64,000 nt of DNA from an uncultured Chloroflexia bacterium (GTDB taxonomy: Bacteria; Chloroflexota; Limnocylindria; Limnocylindrales; CSP1-4). The notes beneath the pieces are model-generated. The model was not told the origin of the DNA. It did not search any database and saw only the letters and a program-made list of their open reading frames with translations. The position numbers and the translations under genes are program-made. This document shows positions 61,049 to 64,000 of this stretch, piece after piece (position 1 is the first letter of the stretch; every line of letters starts with the position of its first letter). The stretch is from contig CAVZVS010000002.1 of the NCBI GenBank assembly GCA_963778815.1, forward strand, positions 344,879 through 408,878, given 5' to 3'.

Positions 61049-63472
61049 CTAAAGGCCTGCGACCTTGGTGAAGGCCTGCACCCAGGCCACTTCTTCGACC
61101 TCGGTCGTCGCGCGGAATTGGTGCAAGCGAGCGAACCAGTCCGCGGGCGGGAAGATGAGCGGGTTGTTGGCCAGCTCCGGGTCGAGGGTGAGCATCACAT
61201 CGCGCGCGCCATTGACCGGGCAGACGTAGTTGACGAACGCCTCGACCGAGGCGGCGTTGATCGGGTCGTAGAAGAAGTCGATGTATTTCTGGGCGAAGCC
61301 GCGTCGGACCGAACCCTTGGGAATGGCCATGTTGTCCGTCCAGAGCATCCCGCCCTCGGTCGCCAGGACCCACTGGAAGTCCTGGTTCTTGGTCTGGTCG
61401 GGGACCAGCAACCCGAGGACGTCACCGGACCAGGCGATGGCGATCACGGCATCGCCGGTCTGAAGCAGATTGACATACGAGTTGCCGGTGACCTGGCGGA
61501 CCCACCCGTCCTGGATGGCCGTGCCGATCAGGCCGACCGACTGCTGGAATTGGTCCTCGGTGATGGTGCCCGGGTCGAAGCCCAGCTGGAGCGCCGCCAG
61601 GCCGACCGTATCGCGCATCTCGTCGAGGTAGGTCAGGCGACCCTTGAACTGGTCGGAGAACAGCGACTGGAGCGAGGTGAGCGGGCCGGTCTTCTTCTGA
61701 TTGAAGCCCAGGCCGGTCATGCCCGACTGCCACGGCGCGGCGAACTCCGTGTTCGGATCGAACGAGCGTCCGACATAGATCGGCAGAAGGTTGGCCACGA
61801 AGTTGGGCATGCTCGCTCGGTCGAAAGCCTCCAGCCAGCCGAGCCGGGTGAGCCGGGCGATCATCCAGTCGGTCAGGACGACGAGATCCCAGGCGGTGGG
61901 CAGTCCGGCGTCGAGCGGACCCTTCAGGTTGGCCGTGAAGAATTCCTCGTTGCCGTTGACCGCTTCGACGTAGTTGACCTCGATCCCGGATTCTTTGGTG
62001 AACTTCTCGAGGGTCGGGTACTTCTTGCCCGTCGAGTCGACGTCCATGTAGCCGATCCAACTGGCGACCTGGAGGATGCCGCTCTCGGGCGGCAGCGACG
62101 CCGCCGCCTCGCTGGCAGCCGGGCTGCCCGAGGCGGCACCGCTCGAAGGCGGTGGCGGGGGCGGCTTCGACGATGCGCCAGCGGCCGGGCTGCTCGAGGC
62201 GACCGGGCCGGTTCCCCCGCCCGACGTCGCTGCCAGGAAGCCGCCGAACCCGACGGCCGCCACGGCGATGGCCCCACCGACCAGGAAGCGGCGGCGTGAG
62301 ACGCCGCTCGGCGGCGGCCCACCGGCAGCGGCGGCGGCCACGAGTGGGACGCCAGGGCTATCGGTCGGTGGGTCTCCGCCCGCCTGGACCGCGAAGGTGT
62401 GGTCCGGCGACCAGGTCATCCGGACTTCCTCGCCCGGGACCCACAGTTCGGATCGGCTCGCTCGCTCGACGTTCTGCTCGTAGACGGTGACGAGCGCACC
62501 GCCGCGGGCCTCCACGATATAGCTGGTGGAGACACCCAGATAGGACACATCGCGGATGGCCCCGAGCATCTGGTTCTGGCCAGCCGGGACTTCTTCGCCG
62601 ATCTCGCGCAGACGGACCTTCTCCGGCCGGACCCCGATCTCGTACCCGTCGAGGCCTTCGGTCAGGGCCAGCGGCACACGGACCGGCGAGCCGTCGGCCA
62701 GCTTGCACACGGCGTATCCGTCGGCGTTGTCGCCCGGGGTCGTGGCGAGCAGGTTGCTGACCCCCAGGAAGCCGGCCACGAAGCGGGTCTTGGGCCGCTC
62801 GTAGAGACTGGCCGGATCGCCCAGCTGCTCGTACTTGCCCCGGTTCATGACGGCGATGCGATCGGACATCGTCATCGCTTCTTCCTGGTCGTGGGTCACG
62901 AAGATGAAGGTGATCCCGACTTCCTGCTGGATCCGCTTCAGCTCGACCTGCATCTGCTTGCGCAACTTGAGGTCGAGGGCGCCCAGCGGCTCGTCGAGGA
63001 GGAGGACCGACGGTCGATTGATCAAGGCTCGGGCGAGGGCGACCCGCTGCGCCTGACCACCCGAGATCTGGGTCGGCTTGCGCCGCTCGAAGCCGGGCAG
63101 CTCGACCAGCTTGAGCATCTCGGTGACCCGGGTCTGGACCTCGCTGTCGGGCACCTTGGAGCGGCGCAGACCGAAGGCCACGTTCTCGTAGATGGTCAGG
63201 TGCGGGAACAGGGCGTAGTTCTGGAAGACCGTGTTCACGTGCCGCTTGTAGGGCGGCAGCCAGGTCACGTCCTGGCCCTTGAGCTCGATCAGACCGGAAG
63301 TCGGCGAATCGAAGCCGCCGATCATCCGCAGGGTGGTGGTCTTGCCGCAGCCCGACGGTCCGAGCAGGGCGAAGAACTCGCCGGACTCGACCTCGAGATC
63401 GATGTGGTCGACGGCGACCGAGTCACCGAACTTCTTGACTACATCAACAAGCCTGACGTCGACGGTGGGCAC
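61049..63472 (-). CDS. single 807-aa ORF containing PotA-like ABC ATPase (N-terminal 370 aa) read through in-frame into a Tat-signal PotD-like polyamine-binding protein
   Basis: GTG at 63472 (VPTVDVRL). It has Walker A LLGPSGCGKTT, signature ISGGQAQRV, Walker B LLLDEP and a TOBE domain ending ...RMTWSPDHTFAV. No stop follows. The frame runs on into SRRRFLVGGAIAVAAVGFGG (Tat signal) and a periplasmic-binding-protein domain. The likely SBP start is GTG 62341. A TAG in the -1 frame lies at 62356-58. I interpret this as a frameshift or lost stop at the end of potA. Confidence 0.7.
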   Translation of the reverse strand: MPTVDVRLVDVVKKFGDSVAVDHIDLEVESGEFFALLGPSGCGKTTTLRMIGGFDSPTSGLIELKGQDVTWLPPYKRHVNTVFQNYALFPHLTIYENVAFGLRRSKVPDSEVQTRVTEMLKLVELPGFERRKPTQISGGQAQRVALARALINRPSVLLLDEPLGALDLKLRKQMQVELKRIQQEVGITFIFVTHDQEEAMTMSDRIAVMNRGKYEQLGDPASLYERPKTRFVAGFLGVSNLLATTPGDNADGYAVCKLADGSPVRVPLALTEGLDGYEIGVRPEKVRLREIGEEVPAGQNQMLGAIRDVSYLGVSTSYIVEARGGALVTVYEQNVERASRSELWVPGEEVRMTWSPDHTFAVQAGGDPPTDSPGVPLVAAAAAGGPPPSGVSRRRFLVGGAIAVAAVGFGGFLAATSGGGTGPVASSSPAAGASSKPPPPPPSSGAASGSPAASEAAASLPPESGILQVASWIGYMDVDSTGKKYPTLEKFTKESGIEVNYVEAVNGNEEFFTANLKGPLDAGLPTAWDLVVLTDWMIARLTRLGWLEAFDRASMPNFVANLLPIYVGRSFDPNTEFAAPWQSGMTGLGFNQKKTGPLTSLQSLFSDQFKGRLTYLDEMRDTVGLAALQLGFDPGTITEDQFQQSVGLIGTAIQDGWVRQVTGNSYVNLLQTGDAVIAIAWSGDVLGLLVPDQTKNQDFQWVLATEGGMLWTDNMAIPKGSVRRGFAQKYIDFFYDPINAASVEAFVNYVCPVNGARDVMLTLDPELANNPLIFPPADWFARLHQFRATTEVEEVAWVQAFTKVAGL

Positions 63473-63820
63473 GGTCGTTCGAACTCCTGAGCGGAGAGGT
63501 TCGACCCCGATCCGACGGGGATGGCCGGCGCCGCGGTCGGCGCGCCGGTTCCGCGCCCCCCGCGCGACTAGCCGGTCGCCGGATGGTAGGCCACCGCGGA
63601 AAGGGTGTCAACGCAGCGGAATCAGCATCGAATCGCGCATAAACCACCGCTGGAATGTACGAATCTCGTGCCCGAAACGCCGATGGACATCCGCCTGCAA
63701 AGGTGGGTCCAGGTCTGTCGGCGGTTCGAGCGCGGTCCCGGCCGACCGGCGGTACGATATCGACGCGCCGGCTGCCAGAAATCGCCCAAGGTCCGGCGTG
63801 GAGAAGGATCCCGACCTGCC

Positions 63821-64000
63821 ATGACCGTTGCCCTGACCGAGAGCGCCATCAACGACGCCTTGAGCCACGTCCAAGAGCCCGAGCTGGGCCGCGACATCAT
63901 CAGCCTGGGCATGGTCAAGGACCTGGTCATCGCCGACCGGGCCGTGTCGCTGACCATCGAGTTGACCACCCCAGCATGCCCGCTGAAGGACGAGATCGAG
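63821..64000 (+). CDS. Mrp/ApbC-type Fe-S cluster carrier, N-terminal MIP18/DUF59 domain (3' end beyond window)
   Basis: ATG at 63821. It begins MTVALTESAINDALSHVQEPELGRDIISLGMVKDLVI.... It is open to the window end. Confidence 0.65.
   Translation, partial: MTVALTESAINDALSHVQEPELGRDIISLGMVKDLVIADRAVSLTIELTTPACPLKDEIE

Overview
This is a high-GC (~70%) actinobacterial-type chromosomal segment with about 55 protein-coding genes. I found no rRNA, tRNA, CRISPR or obvious mobile element. Many six-frame ORFs are antisense shadow ORFs typical of GC-rich DNA and were discarded.

The centre of the window (2.7-25.4 kb) holds two paralogous molybdenum-hydroxylase clusters of the CO-dehydrogenase/xanthine-dehydrogenase family.
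- **Form II cluster (6.4-16.3 kb):** coxS-L-M gene order with the AYRGAGR large-subunit motif. The same locus carries a molybdopterin-binding (MoCF) protein, a CoxD MoxR-type ATPase, a CoxE VWA protein, an XdhC/CoxF chaperone and a MocA-methyltransferase fusion.
- **Form I cluster (16.3-21.8 kb):** coxM-S-L order with the AYRCSFR Mo-Cu CODH signature. It also carries an XdhC chaperone fused to a C-terminal YHS (copper) domain, and CoxG.
- **Flanking regulators:** each cluster is flanked by a ~1180-aa paralogous signalling protein with a double zinc ribbon, a class III adenylate/guanylate cyclase domain, an AAA/NB-ARC-like ATPase and TPR repeats, with no DNA-binding domain.
- **Frameshifts:** the form II cluster carries at least 7 frameshifts across 5 consecutive genes, while the form I cluster is intact.

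Other content:
- **Left edge:** an OmpR-family two-component pair (1-1.6 kb).
- **25.5-28 kb:** a Tat-signal DUF1501/DUF1800 pair, with DUF1501 frameshifted.
- **29.8-33 kb:** a GNAT-RsgA-GNAT operon with ATGA start/stop overlaps.
- **33-35 kb:** an ABC-2 exporter preceded by a promoter, a strong-SD 27-codon sORF and an intrinsic terminator, which looks like an attenuator-like leader.
- **37.7-38.7 kb:** a Zn-ribbon membrane protein with 15-bp tandem repeats.
- **42-64 kb:** a duplicated amine/aminoalcohol uptake-catabolism module (APC permease, choline-kinase-like phosphotransferase, metallophosphoesterase, FAD-dehydrogenase/GcvT fusion), followed by a class-III aminotransferase and a PotABCD-type polyamine ABC transporter.

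Further frameshifts or a lost stop occur in the second dimethylglycine-dehydrogenase-like gene and at the PotA/PotD junction. All functional calls rest on conserved motifs read directly from the translations; no database searches were run.
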